From: Candidatus Eiseniibacteriota bacterium
GTDB taxonomy: Bacteria; Eisenbacteria; RBG-16-71-46
Assembly (NCBI GenBank): GCA_031370785.1
Contig: JANMQY010000110.1
Location: 1-18,461 of the forward strand
Length of the DNA stretch: 18,461 nt
Reading direction: 5' to 3'
Shown here: positions 1-7,680 of the stretch, piece by piece
Numbering within the stretch: position 1 is the first letter of the stretch
Layout of the letters: every line of letters starts with the position of its first letter
Notes under the pieces: model-generated
Seen by the model: only the letters and a program-made list of their open reading frames with translations
The model's database searches: none
Told to the model about the DNA's origin: nothing
Position numbers and translations under genes: made by a program

Positions 1-206
1 CGTTCGTTGTCCGGCCACCACTCGGCGAGGATCCAGCGCAGGAACCCGACTGCGCGCGGCGGCCATGAAGCCGAGGCGCCGGCGATGTGCCCGAGAGTCT
101 CGAGCAGCGTCTCGCGCCACGCCCGGATGCGCTGGACGTAGGCTCGCTGCTCGTCACGCGGCGCATCCGCCGAAGGAGCAGGCGATGGGAACGCTTCAGG
201 TTCCAT
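1..206 (-). CDS. Hypothetical protein, 5' part only (runs off the left window edge)
   Basis: ATG at 206 with GAGG about 10 nt upstream. The frame is open to the edge (MEPEAFPSPAPSADAPRDEQRAYVQRIRAWRETLLETLGHIAGASASWPPRAVGFLRWILAEWWPDNE...). It lies 55 bp downstream of the co-oriented peptidase gene. Confidence 0.55.
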   Translation of the reverse strand, partial: MEPEAFPSPAPSADAPRDEQRAYVQRIRAWRETLLETLGHIAGASASWPPRAVGFLRWILAEWWPDNE

Positions 207-261
207 GTTCGAAGAACCTCTGCTTGCCCGCCTCGCGGCGAGCTCATCTCTGCCCGAGCTC

Positions 262-2451
262 CTACGGCCTCGCCCTGTCGACCTGCCTCGCCGCGCGCTC
301 CAGCGCTTCTCGGATCGGCCCGCCGCCACCAGCGTACGCCGCGCGGTCCCTGTCGAGAACGGCCTGGCCGAGCCGCGGGAGTGGCACCGGCGCGTAACCG
401 GTGTTGAGCCCGGGCGCGTACAGCTCGTGGCGGAACCACCCGCGGCCGGGAAGCCCCGAGCCGAGCAGGGTGCGTTCGACACCGATCAGCGCGACATTCG
501 CGGCCGTCGCGCGCGCCGGGGTGAGCGTACCCACCGCCTGCGCCGCGGTGAGCGCGGCCTCGGCCTCGAGCGCGCGGTCGCGCAGCGCAGTCGCCGCAGC
601 CTTCACCGGCGCGAGATCCGCCTTGAGGAGGACCGAGTCCGCCGCGCCGGCGTTCGCGTCGTCGGCGCGCTCCTCGATGCCCTGCAGCTCGTCGAGCGCG
701 AACCTGCCGGTGGCGCTGTAGTGGAGCGGCAGCAATTCGGCCTCGGCCAGCCGCATCGCGACCCGCGTCCACAGATCGGTCATCGCGGCGATCGCCACGT
801 AGCCGGGATCCACCACGCGATCCATGTACTCGAAGTCGTCGTACATCGAATGATAGGTGCCCTGCAGACCTTCGAAGCGCAGATCGGCGGACGCGATGCC
901 GAGGTGGTCGAGGAACGCGGTGTAGTCCGAGCCGCTCCCGAGCGAGGGCAGCGACAGCGTGAATGGACGCTCGGCCTCGCCCCGCCAGCGCCGCTCGCGA
1001 TTGCTGCGCGCCCAGCCCGCCTTGCCTTCGCTCCACGCCCTGTTCTTCGCGACATCGAAAATGCTGCCGTTGCGCGAAGGGTCGGGCACATCACGCGTCG
1101 CTTCCAGGATCACGTCGGCGAGCGATTGCGATCCGTTCACCCGGAAATCGCGCCCGGCCACCGCCACGTCCACATTGAGATAGGCGACCGCCTTCGCGGT
1201 CAGCTCCGCGGCGTGTTCCTCGCAGTACTCGGTCGAGCCGAGCAGTCCGTACTCCTCGCCGTCCCACGAGCACAGCACGATCGAGCGCCGCGGCCGCCAG
1301 CCGGTCTGGGCGAGACTGCCGAGCGCGCGCGCCATCTCGAGCAGGCAGATGGTGCCGCTGTTGGGATCGACCGCGCCGAACGTCCACGCATCGCGATGAT
1401 TTCCGCACATCACCCACTGGTCCGGAGCCTCGCGGCCCCTGAGCGTCGCGATCACGTTCCAGATCGGACGCACCGCATAGTCGTGTCCGACCTTGAGGTG
1501 AAGCCTGGCCGGGCCCGCGCCCAGGTGGTAGGTCAGCGGCAGCCCGCCCTGCCATGCGGCCGGAGACTGCGGTCCTTCCAGCGCTTCGAGAATCTTCTGA
1601 GCCTCGGCGTACGCGATCGGAAGTGACGGAATTCTCGGGACGCCCTTTGTCTCGCCCGGCTTCAGACGCCTGCCGCCTTCGCGCGAAGCCCAACCGGGTG
1701 TGGTCGGATCACCTGGGCCTTCCGAGAGGAACTGCACGCTGCCGCGCTGGATCGCATCGTCGGGCCGCGCGGAGCCGCGCGGATAGGCGTCGCCCTTGGC
1801 GTAGCCATCATCGAGCGGATCGCTGTAGATGATCACCGCCGCGGCGCCGGCACGCTCGGCGTTGCGCACCTTGAGACCGCGGAAGATCTTGCCGTAGCGC
1901 ACCAGCACGATCTTCCCGCGCACGTCGATGCCCATCTCGCTCAGCTTCTTGAGATCGTCCACGTCGCCGTAGTTCGCGTACACCACCGGTGCGGTCACAT
2001 CCCCGGCGGCGCCGTAGCCATGGAACGCGTCGAACGCGCGACCGTCGTACGAGTCCTTATCCCACGCCGCTCCGCGCTCGCGCGTGAGCAGCGGGGTGCG
2101 AGTGGGCTCCACCATGTCGAGACGCGATTCGGTCGGGTAGTTGAGGTAGACCGGCACGGTCTCGATCCGCGCATCCCATCCATACGCGGCGAGGCACTGG
2201 CGCACGTACTCGGCGGTCGCGCGATCGGCCGCGGTGCCGGCGACGTGCGGCTCCGAGGTCAGGATGCGCAGGTGGCGGCGCAGCGTGTCGGGACGGATCA
2301 TCGCCGCCGCGGTCGCTTCATGCGCGCGCTCGGCAGCGACATCGGTTGCGCGGAATCCCGAGAGCGAATCGGGCGGGGCCGGCGCGGCGCCGAGGCAGAG
2401 GCCGGTCGCGAATACGGCACAGACCAGCGCGAGACGCGAATCGGAGCGCAT
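262..2451 (-). CDS. M28 family metallopeptidase, glutamate carboxypeptidase II / transferrin-receptor-like (signal peptide, PA domain, C-terminal dimerisation domain)
   Basis: 729 aa with an N-terminal signal peptide and a GAGGAG RBS. PA-domain motifs VVYANYG, GKIVLVRYG..FRGLK and IIYSDP..DG. M28 zinc/catalytic motifs NHRDAW, GAVDPNSG, SWDGEEYGLLGS, YLNVD, LGSGSDY and YHS.YD. C-terminal GLPGR.WFRH..YAPG. Confidence 0.95.
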   Translation of the reverse strand: MRSDSRLALVCAVFATGLCLGAAPAPPDSLSGFRATDVAAERAHEATAAAMIRPDTLRRHLRILTSEPHVAGTAADRATAEYVRQCLAAYGWDARIETVPVYLNYPTESRLDMVEPTRTPLLTRERGAAWDKDSYDGRAFDAFHGYGAAGDVTAPVVYANYGDVDDLKKLSEMGIDVRGKIVLVRYGKIFRGLKVRNAERAGAAAVIIYSDPLDDGYAKGDAYPRGSARPDDAIQRGSVQFLSEGPGDPTTPGWASREGGRRLKPGETKGVPRIPSLPIAYAEAQKILEALEGPQSPAAWQGGLPLTYHLGAGPARLHLKVGHDYAVRPIWNVIATLRGREAPDQWVMCGNHRDAWTFGAVDPNSGTICLLEMARALGSLAQTGWRPRRSIVLCSWDGEEYGLLGSTEYCEEHAAELTAKAVAYLNVDVAVAGRDFRVNGSQSLADVILEATRDVPDPSRNGSIFDVAKNRAWSEGKAGWARSNRERRWRGEAERPFTLSLPSLGSGSDYTAFLDHLGIASADLRFEGLQGTYHSMYDDFEYMDRVVDPGYVAIAAMTDLWTRVAMRLAEAELLPLHYSATGRFALDELQGIEERADDANAGAADSVLLKADLAPVKAAATALRDRALEAEAALTAAQAVGTLTPARATAANVALIGVERTLLGSGLPGRGWFRHELYAPGLNTGYAPVPLPRLGQAVLDRDRAAYAGGGGPIREALERAARQVDRARP

Positions 2452-2508
2452 GGAACTCCTCGAGGTCAGGGGTGAGAGATTCTTTGGAACCCCGCGCTCC
2501 CCCGAGTG

Positions 2509-5400
2509 TCAGCCCGCGACGCGCGTGCTGCGTGCGTCGAGCCAGTGCACGCGCTGGGTGTACAGATCGGGATCGAGAGCGGCCAGCGATTCGTAGCGCT
2601 TGCGATGGCAGGTGACCAGGATGATCTGGTGGCGGCGCGAGAAGTGCTCGAGCAGCAGCTTCATTCCGGCGCGGGCGCGGTCGTCGTCGCTGGTCGCAAA
2701 CGCGTCGTCGATGAGCAGCGGCAGCGGATCCTGACCGCGCGAGAGGTACTCGCTCACCGCCAGGCGCACCGCGAAATGCAGCTGGTCGCGCGCGCCGCTC
2801 GACAGCTGGAGTACGGCCTTGCCACGCGCGACGCGCTGACCGTTCCAGAAGCGCACCGAGAAATCCAGGTCCTCGCCGAAGCGCAGCTCCTGCACCTTGG
2901 TTCCGACCGAGGCCAGCATCTGGCTCACGTGCTGGTTCAGATGCTCGGCCCAGCGGCGGTGCGTTTCGAGCGCCACCTTCGAGATGGTTTCGCGCGCCAT
3001 CTCGACCGCCTCCTTGAATCGGCGTGCGCGCCGCAACGCCTGCTCGAGCCGCTCCTTCTGGGCGAGCTTCTCCGGATGCTCGACGTGGTGGCGGCGCCAT
3101 CCCTCCTCGACCTGCAGGCGAAGATCCGCCCGGCGCTTCTGCAGCGTATCGAGCGAAGCGTGAAGGCGCGTGACTTCGTGATCGATCTCGAGCGGGGACC
3201 GTGACTGCGGCGCCTCGGGCGCGCTGGTGCCGCTCTCGGCTTCGATCATCTTCTGCTGGCTCTCGAGCTCCGCGATCTCCTTGGCGGGGCGCAGCTGCTT
3301 CTCGGCCTGCGGGATCAGCTGCTCGATCAGCAGCGAATGGCGGGCGCGATCCTTGCCGCGGTCGGCCAGCTCGGAGACGTGATCACTCCAGCTGCGCGCG
3401 GGGTCGTAAGCGAGCCCCGCGGTCTGGAGCATGCCGATCGCGCGCTGCTTGAGCCCGGTCGCCGAGGCCTCGGCGACTCGCTTCTCCTCGTCGATCCACG
3501 ACCAGTTCTTCTCCAGCTCGGCGAGGCGCTGCCGCACCGCGCCCAGATGGCGGATGCCGGCCGCGACCCGCTCGAGGTGCGCGGGATCGGGCGGGCCGCC
3601 GCCCACCCTGTCGAGCAGTGTGCGCACCTCGGCCAGCGTCGACTTGCGCTGCGTCTCGAGCGAGACGATCTGCTGCTCGGCGCGCATCACCGGGCCGTTC
3701 TCCTGCGACAGGCGCCAGTACTCGTTCCACTCGCGCATCAGGTCGACGACGTCGCGGTAACCCATCTCCTTCGACATCTCGCTCAAGCCCATCTCGGTTT
3801 CCGCGCGTTGATTGCGCAGCTGATTGAGCCGGCGCTGCGCGTCGCTGAGGTTCTTGAGCGCGGCCTCGCGCTCGGCCCCGCGCGCGCTTCCGCCGGTCAT
3901 CAGCAGGAAGAGGCCGATGACGATCGCGATCGCGCCGGCGCCGAGCAGAACCGTCCAGAGCCCGAGCTGCCCATTGACCGCGATCAGCACCGCGCCCGCC
4001 GCGGCCGAGCCGATTCCCAGCGCCAGCAGTACCCAGCCCGGCATGCGCCGCCCGTTGCGCAGCGTGTCGATCTCGCGCAGCTTCTCGGTGCTCGCGGTGC
4101 GCTGCTGCTCGAGCCCGGCAACCTCGGTCTGGAACACGAGCGCCACGTCGGACTGCCCGCCCAGCAGGCGCTGCTTCTCCTCGGAGAGTCCGCCGAAGCG
4201 TGACTTGAGGAAGTTGATGCGCTCGGGCTCCCAGCCCTTGCCGGCAAGCGAGTCGCGCAGATTGATGAATTCGGAGCGCTGCCTTCCGTCCTCGTCGGCG
4301 ACGCGCCGGATGTCGGCGGCCAGCGCGACCAGTCGATCGGCTTCGGCGACCGAGCAGGTGGCGTAGGCCGCGAGTCCCTTGCTCTCGGTCTCGAGCGCGT
4401 TCCGCTCGCGGGCCTGCTCTTCGCGGCGACGACCCTCGAGGGTGTCGAGGTTGCGCTGCGCTTCTTCGTAGCGCGCGATCGTCTCACGCAACTCGGCCTC
4501 GGCGTTCTTCGACATGTGCGAGACGTTGCGCAGCGAGTCGGCTTCGGCGCGCAGCTTCTCGAGCTCGGCCTTCTGCTCGGCATGCGCCTTGAGCTGGCGA
4601 CGCACCTCGGAGGAGAGCGCGCCGCGGCGCTCGGCGTCGAGCTTGCCCAGCGAATCGCGAGCCGTCTTCTCTTCCTCGGCGAGGCGTGCCAGCTCGTCCA
4701 TCGGACCCGAGATCTGCTGCAGGTCGTGCTCGAGCGTCTTCAGGTCGGTCTCGAGCATGCCGAGCTTGACCTCGAGTCCTTTGACCGCGTTGTCGACGGT
4801 GACGGTGCTGTCGAGCTCTGGGCACTCGTAGCGGCGCAGCGCCCCTTCGAGCACCTGCAGCGCCTCGGTCGCATTGGTGTCGCCGACCCTGGTGTCGGCC
4901 GCGTTCTCGAGCCGGGCGTGCAGCGTCGAGCTGCGGCGCACCTTCTCGTCGCCGGCCACGATCAGATCGAGCTCTCCCTGGCGCACCAGCGCGCACTTCT
5001 CGAATTCCGCGTCGTCCACGCCGAGCAGGATCTTCCCGACCGGGTACTCGTCCTTGCCGTGGCGGAACTGGTCGGTGATCTGCTGGCCCCGGTCGTTCCA
5101 CACCTCGACCGAGCCCTTTTCGAAGTCGCGCCGGATGGTGAAGCGCTCGCCGCCCTTCTCGTAGTCCAGCTCGAGTCGGTACGGCCCACCCTGCCATGGC
5201 CGCCAGCGCTCGATCGGCGTCACCATGCGATGGCTGCGCTTGTCGTCGTCGAGGCCGTAGAGCGCGGCGGTGATCGCGGCGAGCAGGCTCGACTTGCCGC
5301 GCTCGTTGTCGTCGACCAGCACGGTGACGCGGTCGGGCTTGAAATCGAAGTCGCCCTGCAGGGGACCAAAGCCCTCGACCTTGAGCCGAAGCAGTTTCAT
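2509..5400 (-). CDS. YhaN/SbcE-like SMC/Rad50-type ABC ATPase with long coiled coil and central transmembrane hairpin
   Basis: 963 aa. N-terminal MKL..L.VEGFG, Walker A-like DDNERGKSS, Q-loop VRQGE, long E/R/L/Q-rich coils and two hydrophobic helices at about aa 453-503. C-terminal signature LSSG.RDQL, Walker B LLIDD and H-loop VTCH. ATGA overlap with the upstream nuclease gene. Confidence 0.9.
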   Translation of the reverse strand: MKLLRLKVEGFGPLQGDFDFKPDRVTVLVDDNERGKSSLLAAITAALYGLDDDKRSHRMVTPIERWRPWQGGPYRLELDYEKGGERFTIRRDFEKGSVEVWNDRGQQITDQFRHGKDEYPVGKILLGVDDAEFEKCALVRQGELDLIVAGDEKVRRSSTLHARLENAADTRVGDTNATEALQVLEGALRRYECPELDSTVTVDNAVKGLEVKLGMLETDLKTLEHDLQQISGPMDELARLAEEEKTARDSLGKLDAERRGALSSEVRRQLKAHAEQKAELEKLRAEADSLRNVSHMSKNAEAELRETIARYEEAQRNLDTLEGRRREEQARERNALETESKGLAAYATCSVAEADRLVALAADIRRVADEDGRQRSEFINLRDSLAGKGWEPERINFLKSRFGGLSEEKQRLLGGQSDVALVFQTEVAGLEQQRTASTEKLREIDTLRNGRRMPGWVLLALGIGSAAAGAVLIAVNGQLGLWTVLLGAGAIAIVIGLFLLMTGGSARGAEREAALKNLSDAQRRLNQLRNQRAETEMGLSEMSKEMGYRDVVDLMREWNEYWRLSQENGPVMRAEQQIVSLETQRKSTLAEVRTLLDRVGGGPPDPAHLERVAAGIRHLGAVRQRLAELEKNWSWIDEEKRVAEASATGLKQRAIGMLQTAGLAYDPARSWSDHVSELADRGKDRARHSLLIEQLIPQAEKQLRPAKEIAELESQQKMIEAESGTSAPEAPQSRSPLEIDHEVTRLHASLDTLQKRRADLRLQVEEGWRRHHVEHPEKLAQKERLEQALRRARRFKEAVEMARETISKVALETHRRWAEHLNQHVSQMLASVGTKVQELRFGEDLDFSVRFWNGQRVARGKAVLQLSSGARDQLHFAVRLAVSEYLSRGQDPLPLLIDDAFATSDDDRARAGMKLLLEHFSRRHQIILVTCHRKRYESLAALDPDLYTQRVHWLDARSTRVAG

Positions 5401-6647
5401 GCTCCGAACTCCTCGTAGGAAGGCACGACCTCGCGCAGCCGGAACGCGTCGAGTCCGTAGTAGATCGCGCTCTCGATCGACGCGCGCTTCGCCGGATCAC
5501 GCTCCTCCACCAGGCGCTGGAGCAGCGCGCACGCGAAGCGCTCCTCGGTGGTGGTCGGGCCCTTCATCATGTACGCCTCGAGATCGTAGTCCGGCCGCAC
5601 CGTGCGCAGGTCGAGCTTGAGATGGAACGCGCGCTGGCGAACGTCGGGGCCTGGCCCCGAATAGCGCACGCCCTTCACCAGCCGGCCCTTGAGGCGCAGC
5701 GTCGCAATGTCGTTCTCGGTCACGCCGGCATCGTCGAGAGTCTTCTGCACCCGGCGATCGATCTGTTCGGCGCTCGACGCTCCGCCGATGTCACAGGTCA
5801 CGTCATACACGCGGCGCCGGTCCAGCTCCACGAACTCGATCTCGACGAACGGCTGGCGGAATCCGTACTCGACACGCACGTCGAGCGCGCCGTGCGCGCC
5901 CAGCTCGGTGGTATCGATCGCGACCGCCGAGCCGGCATAGGCGAGCTTGACGCCGCCCGACTTGTCGCCCTTCGCGCCCTTCTCGCCGCTTGCGGCGAGG
6001 CGGGAGCCGGCGTGGTAGTGGCCGACCGCGAGATACGCGAAGGGAGCGACCTGCGCCTCGGAATCGGTGAACGGACCGGTGATCACCTGGCCCGGCGGAC
6101 ACTGCCCCTCGCGCGAACCGTGAAAGAGCGCGATGTCGAATCCCGAAGCGTCGATGGCACCGAGCTGGCGCATTCCGGCGGGGGCGAGCGGGCGCTCGGT
6201 GCTCAGCCCGTTGGAGGTGAAGCAGCGTCCCCAGAAGCGCACGCCCGGCAACGACTCGAGCGTCTTCGCGCTCCAGTGCGGGGTAGTGAAGACATGGACG
6301 TGGTCGGGCCAGGTGGCGCCGCGCGCCTTGAGCAGGCGCGGACTCCAGTTGTAGCTCGTCTCCGACCACGGGTCGTGATTGCCGGGGGCGATCAGCACCG
6401 GAGGACATCCGGTCACGCGGAACGCGTGCAGGGCGAACGCCATGGTCTCGGCATCGACGCCCTCGAGATCGAACAGGTCGCCCGGGATGAGAATCGCGTG
6501 AACGCCGCGCTCGATCGCCTCGCGCACCACGCGTTCGAGCGCGCGACGCTGGTCGCTGCGCCGCTCGGCGCGCCGGTCCGTGGCCAGCCACCCGAATGGG
6601 CGGCCCAGGTGCAGATCCGAAACCTGAAGGAAACGAGCAACAGCCAT
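5397..6647 (-). CDS. Mre11/SbcD-like (YhaO-type) metallophosphoesterase DNA repair nuclease
   Basis: The probable start is MAVARFLQVSDLHLG at 6647 (416 aa), not the ORF-track start at 7217. All five phosphoesterase motifs are present: DLH, GDLFD, GNHD, FHG and GHYH. Its stop overlaps the ATPase start (ATGA, 5397-5400). Confidence 0.92.
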   Translation of the reverse strand: MAVARFLQVSDLHLGRPFGWLATDRRAERRSDQRRALERVVREAIERGVHAILIPGDLFDLEGVDAETMAFALHAFRVTGCPPVLIAPGNHDPWSETSYNWSPRLLKARGATWPDHVHVFTTPHWSAKTLESLPGVRFWGRCFTSNGLSTERPLAPAGMRQLGAIDASGFDIALFHGSREGQCPPGQVITGPFTDSEAQVAPFAYLAVGHYHAGSRLAASGEKGAKGDKSGGVKLAYAGSAVAIDTTELGAHGALDVRVEYGFRQPFVEIEFVELDRRRVYDVTCDIGGASSAEQIDRRVQKTLDDAGVTENDIATLRLKGRLVKGVRYSGPGPDVRQRAFHLKLDLRTVRPDYDLEAYMMKGPTTTEERFACALLQRLVEERDPAKRASIESAIYYGLDAFRLREVVPSYEEFGA

Positions 6648-6699
6648 GAGGTGCAATCGCTCCGGGTGGCGCTGGGACGTCGACCAGGAAGCCGCGCTG

Positions 6700-6730
6700 A
6701 TCGTATGGTGAGCGGCGGGCAACATATCAA
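6700..6730 (-). promoter_or_regulatory. Possible sigma70-type promoter for the nuclease-ATPase-peptidase unit
   Basis: Minus strand TTGATA (6730-6725), 19-nt spacer, TACGAT (6705-6700), 52 nt upstream of the ATG at 6647. The spacer is longer than optimal. Confidence 0.3.
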
Positions 6731-6765
6731 GGAAGACGTGCGCCACAAAGCCCGACGCTGCCTCA

Positions 6766-6794
6766 TTCGCTCGCGAGCGGAACCCATATAAGAT
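6766..6794 (+). promoter_or_regulatory. Possible sigma70-type promoter for the TPR gene
   Basis: TTCGCT (6766-6771), 17-nt spacer, TAAGAT (6789-6794) in a locally AT-rich patch. The ATG follows 12 nt later with no clear RBS. Confidence 0.35.
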
Positions 6795-6806
6795 GGAACA
6801 CCTCTC

Positions 6807-7577
6807 ATGGACCTTTCCGCTCCTCGCACGTCCGATCCGGGCTCCGCGCCCGTGCCCCCTCACGGGATTCCGCCCCGCACCACGCCTGCCGTGGAACGCT
6901 CCACGCCGATGCTGGTGTTTCTCGCCCTGCTGGCGGTGCTCGCGACGATCGCGACCGTCGGGCTGATCCTGCCGGCTCATGTGCTGGAGGGACTTCCCGA
7001 CCTCGACCTCGCGCGCGCGGCTCGCGACTCGCTGTACGGAAGGGTGTCGCTCGGTTTCGACGGGATGCGCTTCGGCTCCGCGCTGACCGGAGAGGCCACC
7101 CCGCTTCGCAAGCGCACGCCGCTCGATGCGCCGCGCCTCTCGGCCGCCCAGTCCCTGCTCGAGGGTGCGCACGCCCTGCGGCGGCTCGAGCCGCGGATCC
7201 TCGCCTCGCTCGGACACGTCGCGCTCGCGAGCGGCGACTACACGGGCGCCGAGCGTCGCTACCGCTCCGCGCTCGATCTGCGCGCCTCGTGCACCGAGGC
7301 GCGCCTCGGGCTGGGCGTGACGCTCGCGCGCGAGGCGCTGCTGGCGGGCGATCTCATGCGCGCCCGCGCGCTGCGGCTGCAGGCGATCGCGCAGTTCGCC
7401 GCGGTGCCGCGCGCGTCACGCTGGTACGCCGAGGCGCTCTACGATCGCGCGCTGCTGCTCAGCCAGGTGGGACGCCGCGCCGAAGCGCGCCGGCTCGGCG
7501 CCGAGTACTTCGCGCAGGATTCCACCAGCGAATGGGCCGCGAGTCTGCGCGAGGCGCTCGGGGCCGCGGGCTCGTAG
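6807..7577 (+). CDS. Membrane-anchored tetratricopeptide repeat protein
   Basis: 256 aa (an alternative start exists at ATG 6909). One N-terminal hydrophobic helix, LVFLALLAVLATIATVGLIL. TPR-like segments ILASLGHVALASGDYTGAERRYRSALDL, EARLGLGVTL and EALYDRALLLSQVGRRAEA, ending in S.WA..L. Confidence 0.8.
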   Translation: MDLSAPRTSDPGSAPVPPHGIPPRTTPAVERSTPMLVFLALLAVLATIATVGLILPAHVLEGLPDLDLARAARDSLYGRVSLGFDGMRFGSALTGEATPLRKRTPLDAPRLSAAQSLLEGAHALRRLEPRILASLGHVALASGDYTGAERRYRSALDLRASCTEARLGLGVTLAREALLAGDLMRARALRLQAIAQFAAVPRASRWYAEALYDRALLLSQVGRRAEARRLGAEYFAQDSTSEWAASLREALGAAGS

Positions 7578-7623
7578 CCGGGCGCGCGACCCTCGACGCC
7601 GTATTCGCGGGACTCAATTCCTA

Positions 7624-7659
7624 CCTCGGGAACTTCCTCGGGAAATTCGTCGGCGAGCT
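7624..7659. repeat. Degenerate 12-bp tandem repeat, 3 copies, in a convergent intergenic gap
   Basis: CCTCGGGAACTT / CCTCGGGAAATT / CGTCGGCGAGCT. Confidence 0.4.
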
Positions 7660-7680
7660 CACGAGTGATTCCCAGCCCTC

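Noticed and set aside
205..1626. 473-aa plus-strand ORF
   Set aside because: Antisense shadow of the M28 peptidase. It is Arg-rich with no motifs, as is typical of high-GC DNA.
2509..6647. SMC plus nuclease considered as a Wadjet/Lamassu-type defence system
   Set aside because: No kleisin/KITE subunits or separate effector genes and no mobile context. The architecture fits YhaO-YhaN/SbcCD-like pairs.
6648..7217. 190-aa N-terminal extension of the nuclease ORF
   Set aside because: It overlaps the divergent TPR gene and promoter region. Phosphoesterase motif I directly follows the Met at 6647.
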